From an uncultured Candidatus Nitrosotenuis sp. (GTDB lineage: Archaea > Thermoproteota > Nitrososphaeria > Nitrososphaerales > Nitrosopumilaceae): 58,116 bases of DNA. Position 1 is the stretch's first letter, and each line of letters begins with the position of its first letter. This document shows, in pieces, positions 17,812 through 28,122 of this stretch. Below the pieces are notes generated by a model, which ran no database searches, was not told the DNA's origin, and worked only from the letters and a program-made list of their open reading frames with translations. The stretch is from contig CAYYBJ010000001.1 of assembly GCA_964470325.1 (NCBI GenBank), forward strand, positions 1 to 58,116. The letters are read 5' to 3'. A program made the position numbers and the translations under genes.

Positions 17812-18768
17812 CTAGTTTCTGCACTTACAGTTTGGCTCGCCGCAAAGACAATACACCTGAAATGTAAATACCTTGGTCTTTGATGCTATTCCATCTGTTA
17901 CATCCACGTACACCAAAAATGTCTCAATGTCGGTATAGTCCTGGCTTAGCTCATACGACACAGAATAATTCCCATCCGAATCTGTCTCTCCCTTGAATTC
18001 TTCCAAAATGTTTTCCCCATAATCCTCAACACGCACAAAAACAGTAGCTCCTTCCACATTTCCCTCAAAATTCTCTACATGGATTTGTAGGTCTTGTGTT
18101 GTTCCTCGCCTTACTGCTTTCTGGCCTTGTATTGAAACATCAAGGCCAGGATCTACCTGGCTAGAGTTTACGACTTCTAGTGCAAGAATTTTTGCATCAA
18201 TTAGATATTGTATGCCATACAAAAAATCAGAATCCGATATCTTTCCCTCTGTCCACCACTTTGCAGCAGGCTTTAGCCAAACAGGAACAATGGAATTTTT
18301 TTGCACATGAAAATAATACGGTAACAGTTCTTTTCCTGCATGATACGCAGAAATCTCGTATGTTCCTGGTGGAGAATCATAGTATAATGGAATGGATGTG
18401 GAATATACACCGCTCTGCAAAACAGGTATGGTGTATTCCGATCTTATGCCGTCTGGATCAGTAACAATCAGAACAACTGAGGCAGTTTGGCCAAAATCAC
18501 CGGTCCGGCCTGAAATCTTGACAAATGTTGTCTCACCATATTTTGGTAGATTGTACGTGATTTGTACCGGCTTTAGCTTTTCAAATTGTATCAAATCGCG
18601 CTTGTTCAGCTCTACTAATGAATCGACAAAGTTTTGATCGTCTACTTTATCCAAGGCCCAAAGCTTGATCTTGCTTTTGACCCAGTTTGGAATTTCTTCG
18701 GCACTAGCTGACTCTATCAGTGATAGTGAAATTGCAAATAATAAAATCAGAAAAATTGCCTTGTACAA
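17812..18768 (-). CDS. Secreted/surface protein with two thaumarchaeal (I/V)PxWxK repeats and a Cys-rich C-terminus
   Basis: Signal peptide; IPNWVK..W..D..F and VPVWLK..KWW.EG.ISD.DF..GIQYLI; ends YCLCGEPNCKCRN. Confidence 0.8.
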   Translation of the reverse strand: MYKAIFLILLFAISLSLIESASAEEIPNWVKSKIKLWALDKVDDQNFVDSLVELNKRDLIQFEKLKPVQITYNLPKYGETTFVKISGRTGDFGQTASVVLIVTDPDGIRSEYTIPVLQSGVYSTSIPLYYDSPPGTYEISAYHAGKELLPYYFHVQKNSIVPVWLKPAAKWWTEGKISDSDFLYGIQYLIDAKILALEVVNSSQVDPGLDVSIQGQKAVRRGTTQDLQIHVENFEGNVEGATVFVRVEDYGENILEEFKGETDSDGNYSVSYELSQDYTDIETFLVYVDVTDGIASKTKVFTFQVYCLCGEPNCKCRN

Positions 18769-18811
18769 TGTATCCTAAATATCATTTTTGATAAAAAATC
18801 ATTCTATTGAT

Positions 18812-19411
18812 TTATCCAATGTCAAACTGATTGAGGCTGCGCCACAAATACCACGTAGCCACGCTTCTGTACGGGCGCCATTTTTCCGCGATTTTCTCCA
18901 TTTGCTCTTTTTCTGGCAGCTCTGATAAAGAATACAGTCTCTGAATTCCCTTTTTGAGCCCTAAATCGCCTACAGGCAAAACATCCTGCCTGCCAAGAGA
19001 AAAAATCAGAAACATTTCTGCAGTCCAGCGCCCAATTCCGCGCACTTCGGTTAGCTGCTCAATTACTTCCTCATCTGTGAGATTTTTCATATATGATAAT
19101 CTGAGCTCTCTGGATTCCACTTTACTGGAGAGATCCTTGATGTAAGAGATCTTCATGTATGATAACCCGGCCTTTCGCAGTTTGGTATCCGAAGTTTTTA
19201 GAACATCAGCTGGCTTTGGAAATCTGCCATAGATCCCTCGAAATCTGCCGGAAATGGAATCGGCTGCCTTGCCAGAGAGCTGTTGTGTTATGATTGCCTC
19301 AACCAAAGACTCGTACGGGTTTTTTGTAATTGGTAGATTATACTTGCCAACTGTATCAATTACTTTGGCTAGCTTGCGGTCTTGTCTGAGATGTTTTAGG
19401 GCAGCCGTCAA
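18812..19411 (-). CDS. alkA: DNA-3-methyladenine glycosylase II (AlkA, HhH-GPD)
   Basis: IITQQLS, GIGRWTAEMFL, LPVGDLG, WRPYRS. Confidence 0.92.
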   Translation of the reverse strand: MTAALKHLRQDRKLAKVIDTVGKYNLPITKNPYESLVEAIITQQLSGKAADSISGRFRGIYGRFPKPADVLKTSDTKLRKAGLSYMKISYIKDLSSKVESRELRLSYMKNLTDEEVIEQLTEVRGIGRWTAEMFLIFSLGRQDVLPVGDLGLKKGIQRLYSLSELPEKEQMEKIAEKWRPYRSVATWYLWRSLNQFDIG

Positions 19412-20166
19412 GTCAGCTTGAGAACCTCTAGTATGTCATCAAAGCTTTTTCTTGTTTTTTCTTTCTTGTAATTTCGTAAAACAGAAATAATTTTTTGCTT
19501 TGGTGGAAGCTTGTAGATTCTATCTACCATTTTTGCCAAACCAGAGCCGATCAGAATAGCTTGGCAAGCTGATGTGACATTGGATGACTTGCGCTCGAGG
19601 CTGGCACTCTCAAAATCAATCATGGTGATGTTTTTTCCTATAATGACATGCTTTGTTATGTTGCTCAGCTCGCCATGGTCAAGATCAGCTTCGTCTAGCT
19701 TGTAACAGTCAGTGAGGATTTTTTTTATCACGGTTTTTAGCTTGGCAGTGCTTCCTTTGCCCTTTAGCTCCGATACCCAGTCATAGATTTTGATACCTGC
19801 AACAAACTCCATTACAACAAAATTCTTGCTGCTAGCTATCAGCTTTGGTCCTACACCTGCCTTATTTGCAGCACCAAGCAGTATTGTCTCTTTTTTCATG
19901 TCTTTTCGTGGCGAGTCTGTTCTGCGGATTTTGAGCGCAACTTTTTTTGTGCCCATCTTTGCCATGACTACGATTCCTGTGTAGCCCTTGCCCAAAACGC
20001 AGATCTTGTTGAGCTCCATTGGGCCCTCAAATGATATTCCATCGATTCCAAGGCTCTTTAGCTCCTTTGCTCTGGACTTGAGTTGAGCCTTTGTTGCCTT
20101 GGGATAGCCAAGTATTGCAGAATATGGTTCCTTGACTAGATCATTTACTGGAAAAAATTGTCTCAT
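19408..20166 (-). CDS. RIO/Bud32-like Ser/Thr protein kinase
   Basis: LGKGYTGIV, ALKIRR, DHGELS, IDFESAS; likely ATG 20166. Confidence 0.85.
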   Translation of the reverse strand: MRQFFPVNDLVKEPYSAILGYPKATKAQLKSRAKELKSLGIDGISFEGPMELNKICVLGKGYTGIVVMAKMGTKKVALKIRRTDSPRKDMKKETILLGAANKAGVGPKLIASSKNFVVMEFVAGIKIYDWVSELKGKGSTAKLKTVIKKILTDCYKLDEADLDHGELSNITKHVIIGKNITMIDFESASLERKSSNVTSACQAILIGSGLAKMVDRIYKLPPKQKIISVLRNYKKEKTRKSFDDILEVLKLT

Positions 20167-21469
20167 CCGTTGAGACGAGTTCCCTTGCAGCCTCTTTAAT
20201 GGATTTGCCTTTTGCCGCATTTGCAGTTGTAATTTTGAATTTTTTGATTTCGGATTTTAGGCCTGCTGGTACGCCAGACTTTTCAATATTATACTCTATG
20301 AGAAGCTTTAGGAATTTCTGCGCGTCTATATTCTGTCTTTTTTGCAAAGAGCAAACTTTTCCATCATCGTTGAGCCACATTACCAAGCTTTTCTTTTTGT
20401 TTGCAGCTATGAATTTTTCCACATGTTCTGCAACAAAGAACTCTGGTCCTAGCCTCGTCTGAAGATCATCCAGCCTTTTTGATTGCAACAAGAACAACAA
20501 CGATGCGACATTGTCATCCGATATGGTAGCTGACCTCTTTAACACGGAAAATCCAGCCTGACTCATCTGGGTTGCAAGAGATGTGACTGCGCGCTTTATT
20601 TGGCCCCAGATTATGTCGGGGCTGCGTGGCTTGTACCTAAATGATAACACCAGGACATTTTTTGTGTCTAGCTTGGCATTCTTTTTCTTTGATGTGAAAT
20701 ATGAGATAGCAGGTTTTCTCAAAAATGCTCGCGCAGCTAGGACAAATCTACCAATGTTCTCAGTAGATATTGCAGCACCAAGGTTTCTGTTTTCATCAAT
20801 TGGATCAATGATTACAATTTTTGTATCAAACACTTTGGTTGTCTTGCCAATTACTTGGCCTGCCTTTAGCTGCGAAATCTCTTTTAGGACATTTTCAAAC
20901 GAGCCGAAATTCAGAACCAAGACCTCTGCTACATAGCCGGAAAATCCTTGTTTTGCAATCTCTGCTCCGTAAATGTCGTTTGCCTTCAAGAAAGCCTTGA
21001 GGAGCCTTATCTCATTTTTCATTGTGCCAGTAAGTGACTTTATCATGAATTTTGTGTGAAATGGGGATCTGTCGGCTGAGCTCTTCCAGGCTCCTTCCTG
21101 CACGTCATAGCAAGGTACCACATTTACCTTGGTGTCCTTGATCTGCGCCTCTACAAAGGGATGCTCGGCATATCTGACATACGGCTTGAACTGCTTTAGT
21201 GCGGCAAATCCAATTTTTTTGCCAATCTCTACAAATTCCTTTTCTGGAGTGTCGGCATGAAACTTTACAAAAACATCAATGTCTGCTCTTTTTGCAAGCC
21301 AGGTTCCCTTGGCATAGGATCCGACAATCTCAATTCCAGTTACCTGCGAAAAGCCTGATGCTTCTTTTTGGACTAGCCTAATCGACTGTTCCACTATTGC
21401 GTCTTTTTGCTTTTGGAGCTTTTCAGACGGAGTTACTAGCTTTTCTGCCTGTTTTAGGATCTGGTTCAT
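20141..21469 (-). CDS. cca: CCA-adding enzyme (class I)
   Basis: GSYAKGTW..DIDVF, YAEHPFV, DRSPFH, GFSGY. Confidence 0.95.
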   Translation of the reverse strand: MNQILKQAEKLVTPSEKLQKQKDAIVEQSIRLVQKEASGFSQVTGIEIVGSYAKGTWLAKRADIDVFVKFHADTPEKEFVEIGKKIGFAALKQFKPYVRYAEHPFVEAQIKDTKVNVVPCYDVQEGAWKSSADRSPFHTKFMIKSLTGTMKNEIRLLKAFLKANDIYGAEIAKQGFSGYVAEVLVLNFGSFENVLKEISQLKAGQVIGKTTKVFDTKIVIIDPIDENRNLGAAISTENIGRFVLAARAFLRKPAISYFTSKKKNAKLDTKNVLVLSFRYKPRSPDIIWGQIKRAVTSLATQMSQAGFSVLKRSATISDDNVASLLFLLQSKRLDDLQTRLGPEFFVAEHVEKFIAANKKKSLVMWLNDDGKVCSLQKRQNIDAQKFLKLLIEYNIEKSGVPAGLKSEIKKFKITTANAAKGKSIKEAARELVSTDETIFSSK

Positions 21470-22002
21470 TTTGCGTTAATCACTCCTATATCAGAATAGA
21501 TTGGCCCACTAGGTGTAAGAACGCTTTGCTTGAATTTGATGGATGATACCTTTTGTGTGCCGAATTTAGCTGAAGCATATTTTGAGATCTGCTCTGTGAT
21601 GTCGTTTGTATGATTTTTAATTCTAAAAATAGTGGCATGTGGCTTGAATGGCTTGTCTGATCTGAATCCTAATGGTGCTAGCTTTTCTTCGACTAGCTTG
21701 GCAAGCTGGACTAGCTTTTCTCCTCCCTGATCTAGGCCTATCCAAATTACTCGTGAGAATTTGGGCTTTGGAAAGGCGCCTACTCCGACAAATCCAATGT
21801 CAAATGCAGAGAACTGGATTGTTTCTAGCTGGGCCCGAACTTTTTTTGCTGTCTCATCAGTTATTTCTCCTAGAAACATTAGTGTAAAGTGCATGTTGTG
21901 AATTTCAACTGGCTTTGCAGAAACCTTGAGCTCTGTCTGTACTTTTTTGATCGAATCCAAAACTGTACTGTCAGTTATCTCTACTGCAACAAATGTTCGC
22001 AT
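21466..22002 (-). CDS. thpR: RNA 2',3'-cyclic phosphodiesterase (2H family)
   Basis: Two HxT motifs (HFTL, HATI) and GPIY. Confidence 0.93.
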   Translation of the reverse strand: MRTFVAVEITDSTVLDSIKKVQTELKVSAKPVEIHNMHFTLMFLGEITDETAKKVRAQLETIQFSAFDIGFVGVGAFPKPKFSRVIWIGLDQGGEKLVQLAKLVEEKLAPLGFRSDKPFKPHATIFRIKNHTNDITEQISKYASAKFGTQKVSSIKFKQSVLTPSGPIYSDIGVINAK

Positions 22003-22074
22003 CTGTAAAGTGGCGTTTTTGTCTTTTTAATGGCTTGCGGTAAATTCAATACTCAGGCTCAAAAAATCAGATTC

Positions 22075-22623
22075 ATGACAAAGCTGATTGTGTGCCTGAC
22101 TGGCATGCCTGGTGCAGGAAAATCCACAATTTCTGCCGGCCTGCAAAAAAAGGGATTTGCCAGCATAAACATGGGTGATGCAGTGCGTGCAGAAGCAAAG
22201 AGGAGAAATCTGGAACCAACTGGACAAAACTTGGGTAAACTAATGCTTGAGCTACGAGAAAAAAATGGCCAAGGAGCAGTAGCAGAATTAATCAAGGATC
22301 AAATTGTAAATTCAAATTCAGATGTTGTAGTAATTGATGGAGTGCGATCCAATGCAGAAATCGAAGTGCTCAAAAAAATTGCCACAGTGAAATTATTGGC
22401 AGTACATGCATCGACTGATACTAGATACACATTTCTTAGTGCAAGGCACAGATCCGATGATCCGCAAAACAGACAAAGCTTTGATGAACGGGACAATAGA
22501 GAGATTGGCGTTGGAATTTCTGCGTCTATCGCGCTAGCTGATGAAACACTATCTAACAATAATCTTACAGTAGAGCAGCTAATTGATACTGCATACCAAA
22601 TTATCTCCAAGTGGCTAGCATGA
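22075..22623 (+). CDS. Dephospho-CoA kinase-like P-loop kinase (UPF0200)
   Basis: TGMPGAGKS, MGDAVR, IDGVRS; likely ATG 22075. Confidence 0.82.
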   Translation: MTKLIVCLTGMPGAGKSTISAGLQKKGFASINMGDAVRAEAKRRNLEPTGQNLGKLMLELREKNGQGAVAELIKDQIVNSNSDVVVIDGVRSNAEIEVLKKIATVKLLAVHASTDTRYTFLSARHRSDDPQNRQSFDERDNREIGVGISASIALADETLSNNNLTVEQLIDTAYQIISKWLA

Positions 22624-23009
22624 TTCCTCTGGTTGATTGCAAAGTAGAGGCAGTTTGTTCTATTAATCCATCAGAAGATCCTGTCAAGGTAGAGCAGGCA
22701 GTATCAAACATACTGGACAATGCAGAGATCAAGACCAGCAAATATGCTCTCAAAGCAACATCAAAGGAGCTGGAATCGCTTGCAAAAATCCATGAATCCA
22801 TTACAAATCACAATACCAAAAAGATCTACTATCGCATATTGAACCAAAACTTGGAAGGCAATTCCACATGGTTTTACCTAAACAAGCAGGCTGCCTTTGC
22901 AAATAATGTTGCAGTATGCGAACATGATGACGAGTCGCCCTTGGGTCCAATCAAGATAGTATTATCGTCAAAAAATATCGAACGCGTAATAGAGTGGCTC
23001 ATCTCCTAG
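22620..23009 (+). CDS. UPF0201/DUF54 RNA-binding protein
   Basis: PSEDPVKV..A, LNKQAA, SPLGPI. Confidence 0.85.
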   Translation: MIPLVDCKVEAVCSINPSEDPVKVEQAVSNILDNAEIKTSKYALKATSKELESLAKIHESITNHNTKKIYYRILNQNLEGNSTWFYLNKQAAFANNVAVCEHDDESPLGPIKIVLSSKNIERVIEWLIS

Positions 23010-23082
23010 TCAGCTTTTTTCCCTAGTTACTCAGCTGGATTTGTTTTCTGATTTTTTATGATTTTTTGAATATCTATGCCTG

Positions 23083-23886
23083 TTGATAGGAAAATTACTC
23101 TTAGTAGGCATAATTTTGGGAGTGGCAGGAGTTTTGGTATATTCCCAGCAGGACAAGCTTGGCCTCAACCTCAACCCAACAATTGATGCAGTAGCTGAAG
23201 ACATTAGCGGACTCAAAGACACCACAGTCAAGCGAGTTTCATATGAAATAGACAAAACCTCTGATGTTGTAGGTGACAAAATCGAAGATGCTGTTCCAGA
23301 TGTGGACAAGCTAAACCCAATTCCAAAAATCGAGGACCAGCTAGCAATTCCACCAAAGAAAGACATCTACTATGGCCAAGTCTATGAAAGAGACGAAGAC
23401 GAAAAAACCTGCAAAGTTTCCGTACCAAAGATGGTAAAGACTGTCAACGGAGTAAAAGAGCTAACCCATACAATAACACTAAATGACTGTCAATATGAAA
23501 AGCACAAGCCAGTTCAAGTAACAGTATTAACTGATCCTATAACAGGCGCACAAACAGTAACAGTCGATCCAATACCTCAAAACAAAATATTTGAGACATT
23601 ACAATTAACCACTACAAAAAATCAAGACAATACAGTATCCGTTCACTATGAAGATTCCTCTGGTAAAACACTCAAAGTCACAGTGACTCTGAGCAATTCT
23701 GAAAAGCAACTATTCTCTGGAGAATTTTTTGCATCAAAGTTTGACACAAGTGTAGATGACGTTACTGATACTCCACATATAATAGAAATGATAGTAGAGC
23801 ATGCTGACTATGGTATAGTAAACTCGTCAGTGTACAATCCGCAAGGAAATAACGAGAACACCATTTATGGTGTCTTTAGCCAGTAG
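23083..23886 (+). CDS. Hypothetical N-terminally anchored exported protein
   Basis: N-terminal hydrophobic helix followed by an acidic beta-rich domain. Confidence 0.7.
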   Translation: MIGKLLLVGIILGVAGVLVYSQQDKLGLNLNPTIDAVAEDISGLKDTTVKRVSYEIDKTSDVVGDKIEDAVPDVDKLNPIPKIEDQLAIPPKKDIYYGQVYERDEDEKTCKVSVPKMVKTVNGVKELTHTITLNDCQYEKHKPVQVTVLTDPITGAQTVTVDPIPQNKIFETLQLTTTKNQDNTVSVHYEDSSGKTLKVTVTLSNSEKQLFSGEFFASKFDTSVDDVTDTPHIIEMIVEHADYGIVNSSVYNPQGNNENTIYGVFSQ

Positions 23887-24598
23887 ATACTAGCTCCACT
23901 AGCTTTGGTAATGCATTAGCAGATGTCTCTCGTATGGACAGATCCATTTCTGATGACATGACTGTTTTTTCTGGATTTACCTCAATTAGGATAGCCCCGT
24001 TTTGTTTTGCGTACAGTGGAAGAGTGTTTGCAGGCGACACTACAAGAGACGTGCCTGCAATTATCATTACATCACAGCTTTGTGCGTGGGAAATAGCCTC
24101 ACCCCACACATCCTGAGGCAGGCCTTCGCCAAACCAGACTACGTCTGGGCGCAAAATATTGCCGCACTTGCATTTTGGTGGAAGAGAATCAAACGGAGTT
24201 GTAATATTGTCCTTAAAATTGCAGACAGTACATTTTATGCGAATTATACTTCCGTGCAATTCTAGGACATGTTTACTGCCAGATCTCTGGTGCAGCCCAT
24301 CAATGTTTTGTGTCAGCACTATTACTTCTTTGAATTTAGCTAGCTCTGATATTGCAAAATGGCCTGCATTTGGTTTTGCGGCCAGAATATTTACACGTCT
24401 TTCCTCATACCACTCCCAGACTAGCTTTGGATCTTCATAGAATGCATCAATTGTGGCAAGCTGCATCGGATCATATTTTCTCCACAATCCATCCTTTCCC
24501 CTAAATGTTGGAATGCCGCTTTCCTGTGAAATGCCAGCACCAGTGACAAAGACTATTTTCTTTGCATCGCTGATTTGTCGCGCAAGAGAATCAAACAT
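23876..24598 (-). CDS. cobB: NAD-dependent protein deacylase (Sir2)
   Basis: GAGISQESGIPTFRG, TQNIDGLH, HG, RPDVVWFGE, GTS. Confidence 0.95.
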   Translation of the reverse strand: MFDSLARQISDAKKIVFVTGAGISQESGIPTFRGKDGLWRKYDPMQLATIDAFYEDPKLVWEWYEERRVNILAAKPNAGHFAISELAKFKEVIVLTQNIDGLHQRSGSKHVLELHGSIIRIKCTVCNFKDNITTPFDSLPPKCKCGNILRPDVVWFGEGLPQDVWGEAISHAQSCDVMIIAGTSLVVSPANTLPLYAKQNGAILIEVNPEKTVMSSEMDLSIRETSANALPKLVELVSTG

Positions 24599-24599
24599 T

Positions 24600-25499
24600 T
24601 TATTTTATTTCAACTTCGAGAAGGTCTTTGGCAGCAATAACAGAATCATGGATTGTTTTTGCTTCATGGACCAGCTCGCCTTCATCCTTGTATCTTGCAG
24701 AAAAATGAGTCAAAATCAGATTTGCTACATTTGCGTTTTTTGCTAGTGTTGCTGCTTCTTTTGCAGTAGAGTGGTTTGTCTCTATTGCTTTGTCTTTTAG
24801 CTTGTCAGAAAATGTGCAATCAAACGATAGATAGTCGCAATTTTTGAAAAATTCTTCTAGTAGTTTTGTAGGTCTTGTGTCACCAGAGATTCCAATTTTT
24901 TTGCCTGGCCTTTTTTGGCCAACTACTTGAGATGGTACAAATGTTTTGCCACCTACTTTGACTTCTTTTCCTGTTTGCAGGTCGTGCCAGAGTGGGCCTT
25001 CGGGAATTCCTAGCTTTATTGCCTGGTCTCTATCGAATTTGCCAGGTTTTTCCTTTTCCTCAAATAGATACGAGAATGCCAGAACAGAATGTTCTGCCTT
25101 TTGTGCACGCACAAAATACGTCTTTTCATCGCATATTATTCCAGGACTTACAGCAGTGATAATAACAGGAAATGAGAGACCAAACTGCAAAATTCTAATG
25201 TTTTCTCCAATGAATTGCTCAATTCCATCTGGACCGTAGATCTCAACTGATTCTGTTCTGTGTTGTAGTGTCATAGTCTGGAGCAATCCAAGCACACCAA
25301 TACAGTGATCGCCATGCATGTGGGTAACAAAGATCTTCATTTTCTTGTTCCAGCCAAGGCCTGACTTGAGGTATGATACCTGTGCACCCTCTCCTGCATC
25401 AAACATTAGGATCTCTCCTTCTCGCTCAAGGCAAATGCATGACAGTCCTCTGTCCTCTGTTGGCTGTGCCGCCGATGTTCCCAAAAATACTAGCTTCAT
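24600..25499 (-). CDS. rnz: Ribonuclease Z
   Basis: THMHGDH, exosite [20 protein letters not shown]. Confidence 0.95.
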   Translation of the reverse strand: MKLVFLGTSAAQPTEDRGLSCICLEREGEILMFDAGEGAQVSYLKSGLGWNKKMKIFVTHMHGDHCIGVLGLLQTMTLQHRTESVEIYGPDGIEQFIGENIRILQFGLSFPVIITAVSPGIICDEKTYFVRAQKAEHSVLAFSYLFEEKEKPGKFDRDQAIKLGIPEGPLWHDLQTGKEVKVGGKTFVPSQVVGQKRPGKKIGISGDTRPTKLLEEFFKNCDYLSFDCTFSDKLKDKAIETNHSTAKEAATLAKNANVANLILTHFSARYKDEGELVHEAKTIHDSVIAAKDLLEVEIK

Positions 25500-26437
25500 T
25501 TTACCAAAATCATCCTCGTTAGACTCTTGTGTCTGTATATCTCATATTTTTTTGTCAGGTTTAGCTTGATTCCATCATCTAGGCCTTTCTTGCACATTAT
25601 AGCAAATTTGGCCTTTTTTGGCATTTTTGAGACAAATTTCTTCATTATCTTCTTTGGCGGCTCAGAAACCTTGGATGCCGTCCCATATGGCAGATCAGTC
25701 ACAATTCCATCAAACTTGAGCTGGCCCATGTAATCATAGTCTTTGTTGTATACTTCACCAGAAAATTTATTTTTCTTGAGATTGTCCTTTGTTATTTGGC
25801 ACATTTTTTCATCAAAATCAATTCCAATTGATTTGATTCCCATGGCCTGGGCCTCAAGCAGAGTACTGCCTGTTCCGCAAAATGGATCACAGACTGTCTC
25901 ATCATCATGTATCTTTGCCAGATTTATCATCGCGCGAGTAAGCTTCCAGTCCAGCTCGTGATGGAACTTTGTGAGCTTTTCTGGACGCTTTGGAGGCTCA
26001 AATTTGGTGGCAAATCCAAAGAAGTTCTCTTCATCTGTGAAAATCATGTAAATTACGACATCTGGATCCTCTAGCGAAACCTTGGCGTTGCAAAAAGTAG
26101 AGACCATACTGCCTAACGATCGCTCTATTTCCGGAATGTCCACTTCTTTATTCGAGAGATTGATTGCTTTGCACATGAATGATTTTGCGCCAAACAAAAG
26201 CGAGTAATTGTTCTCATCAAAGAACACGTTTGACATTTTGCGCAATAGCTGGCCGGCAGTCTTTACAAAGGTGGCACGTCTTGCTATTTTTTCCCATGGT
26301 GTAACGCTTTGCACTAGTATCAAATTAGAAATGGTCTTGATCTTGGCAAATCTGTCATACATTTTTGCCAATGTAACTACCTCGTCCACTGCAAGCTCGG
26401 GATATTCTTTTGAAACTAGAAAGAAACTCTCTGGCAT
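25496..26437 (-). CDS. tRNA m2G10 methyltransferase-like (Trm11/UPF0020)
   Basis: [20 protein letters not shown]. Confidence 0.8.
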   Translation of the reverse strand: MPESFFLVSKEYPELAVDEVVTLAKMYDRFAKIKTISNLILVQSVTPWEKIARRATFVKTAGQLLRKMSNVFFDENNYSLLFGAKSFMCKAINLSNKEVDIPEIERSLGSMVSTFCNAKVSLEDPDVVIYMIFTDEENFFGFATKFEPPKRPEKLTKFHHELDWKLTRAMINLAKIHDDETVCDPFCGTGSTLLEAQAMGIKSIGIDFDEKMCQITKDNLKKNKFSGEVYNKDYDYMGQLKFDGIVTDLPYGTASKVSEPPKKIMKKFVSKMPKKAKFAIMCKKGLDDGIKLNLTKKYEIYRHKSLTRMILVK

Positions 26438-27310
26438 TTAGATTGCCTTTGCAATTACTCCAGAGACATCAACTATTGACGTGTTACCAGGAATTGTATT
26501 TGCCGATATAATTGCAGATACGCCAGACTTTTTGATCTTTTTCTCTGCATCATCAATTAGCAATGCATGTGTGCATGCAACAAAGACTCGTCCGCATTTT
26601 TGCTTTTTTAGAAATTGCGTTGCCTTGACAATGCTTCCACCAGTACTAATCATGTCATCTACTAGTACTAGGTCGCGTCCCTTTACTCCATCAAGATTTG
26701 CAGTCATGATCTGGACTTTACCCGTCTTTCTGTCCCGCTGTTTTTGTAATGCGATATAGTCAGTTCCGTAGAACTTGGCAAACTCCTTTGCCCGCTCTTT
26801 TCCACCTAGGTCTGGCGATACCACCAACGGGTTTGTGAGCCTGAGCTTTTTGAGATGATTAGCTAGTTCTGGCACAGCAGAGACATTTCTAATTGGAATT
26901 TTGAAATGCTTGAGCCCAAACATGCTGTGCATATCAACTACTATAATTTTGGAGGCTCCTGCAGCTGATAGAAGCTTGGCAATAACAGACAATGTAACTA
27001 TTTCACCCGGTAGAAACTCTCTGTCCTGTCGTGCATATCCCATGTATGGTATGGCACAAATCACCTGTTTTGAGAACTGTCTTGCCTTTGCAACAAGTGA
27101 TAATGTTTGCATCAGATTTGTGTCAACTGGAGGATATGTCGAATTTACTACAATGATCTTCCCCTTTGGTTTTGCAGAAATTGTAATCTTGCTCTCACCA
27201 TCTGGAAAGACTCGAAGCTCAGAAGAGACAAAGCTTGCCTTTAGCTTTTTTGCCAGTCTTCTTGCTAGATCCTCAGATGCGTTTCCGCCAATTACAGTGA
27301 CAGCTGACAA
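26438..27310 (-). CDS. prs: Ribose-phosphate pyrophosphokinase
   Basis: FPDGE, PYMGYARQD, SPDLGG, VDDMISTGGS. Confidence 0.95.
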   Translation of the reverse strand: MSAVTVIGGNASEDLARRLAKKLKASFVSSELRVFPDGESKITISAKPKGKIIVVNSTYPPVDTNLMQTLSLVAKARQFSKQVICAIPYMGYARQDREFLPGEIVTLSVIAKLLSAAGASKIIVVDMHSMFGLKHFKIPIRNVSAVPELANHLKKLRLTNPLVVSPDLGGKERAKEFAKFYGTDYIALQKQRDRKTGKVQIMTANLDGVKGRDLVLVDDMISTGGSIVKATQFLKKQKCGRVFVACTHALLIDDAEKKIKKSGVSAIISANTIPGNTSIVDVSGVIAKAI

Positions 27311-27355
27311 TAAATCAACAATCTAGGAGGGACTCTTAAGTTTTAGGAAGAGATT

Positions 27356-28090
27356 CTATTTTTTTGCTGGAGCAGCTGCAGCTGGTTTTTCTTCTTTCTT
27401 TTCTAGCTTTTTGTTCGTGTATGTTTCTACGAAATTGATCTTTTCCAGTGTTGGGACAAAGTTAAAGACATCTCTTTGAATCAAAAACTTGATTCCTCTC
27501 AAAATTTCGGCTCCCTGAATGTCTTCTGGAACTGAAACGTCAAGTGTGTTGCCATTTAGCTTTGATGATATCTTGGAATCTTCAACTGGCATGTGTCTTT
27601 TTAGAATGCCGTTGATCTTGTCTTCTGGTGTCTCTAATGCTTTTAGTATGTTAACATCATAGACTACGGTTTTGCCAGCAAGTCTGTGGTTGAAATCAAC
27701 TTGGACTCGACCAGAGCCGACAAATCTAACGACTCCTGTTTTCTGATCAACTTCTATGGTATCGCCAACTGTAACCTTGTCTGCATCTTCGCCTAGCTTT
27801 CGGAGTGGAATCATTCTAACTTTGCCAGAGTCACGCTCACCAAAGCCCTTGTCTGGTGTTACGTCAACTGTTAGCTTGTCGCCTGTCTTTGCTCCTGCTA
27901 GTGCATCATCTAATCCTTTGAGAACCCAAGATTCGCCAACTGAGACCAGTTTTGGTTGGTACTTGATGTTTTCTTGGAATAGGTTGTGCTTTTTTGCCTC
28001 ATCTGCTATGGTAGTCTCTACTACTTCGTTAGAGTCCTTTACTTTAGCAGTATAATCGATTAGAATCAATGAGCCTTTTGTAAATGCCAT
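27356..28090 (-). CDS. Long-type FKBP peptidyl-prolyl isomerase
   Basis: IDYT, GFGERD, VDFNHRLAGK. Confidence 0.9.
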   Translation of the reverse strand: MAFTKGSLILIDYTAKVKDSNEVVETTIADEAKKHNLFQENIKYQPKLVSVGESWVLKGLDDALAGAKTGDKLTVDVTPDKGFGERDSGKVRMIPLRKLGEDADKVTVGDTIEVDQKTGVVRFVGSGRVQVDFNHRLAGKTVVYDVNILKALETPEDKINGILKRHMPVEDSKISSKLNGNTLDVSVPEDIQGAEILRGIKFLIQRDVFNFVPTLEKINFVETYTNKKLEKKEEKPAAAAPAKK

Positions 28091-28122
28091 GCGATCAGTC
28101 CTCGAAATTCCTAATATTAAGA

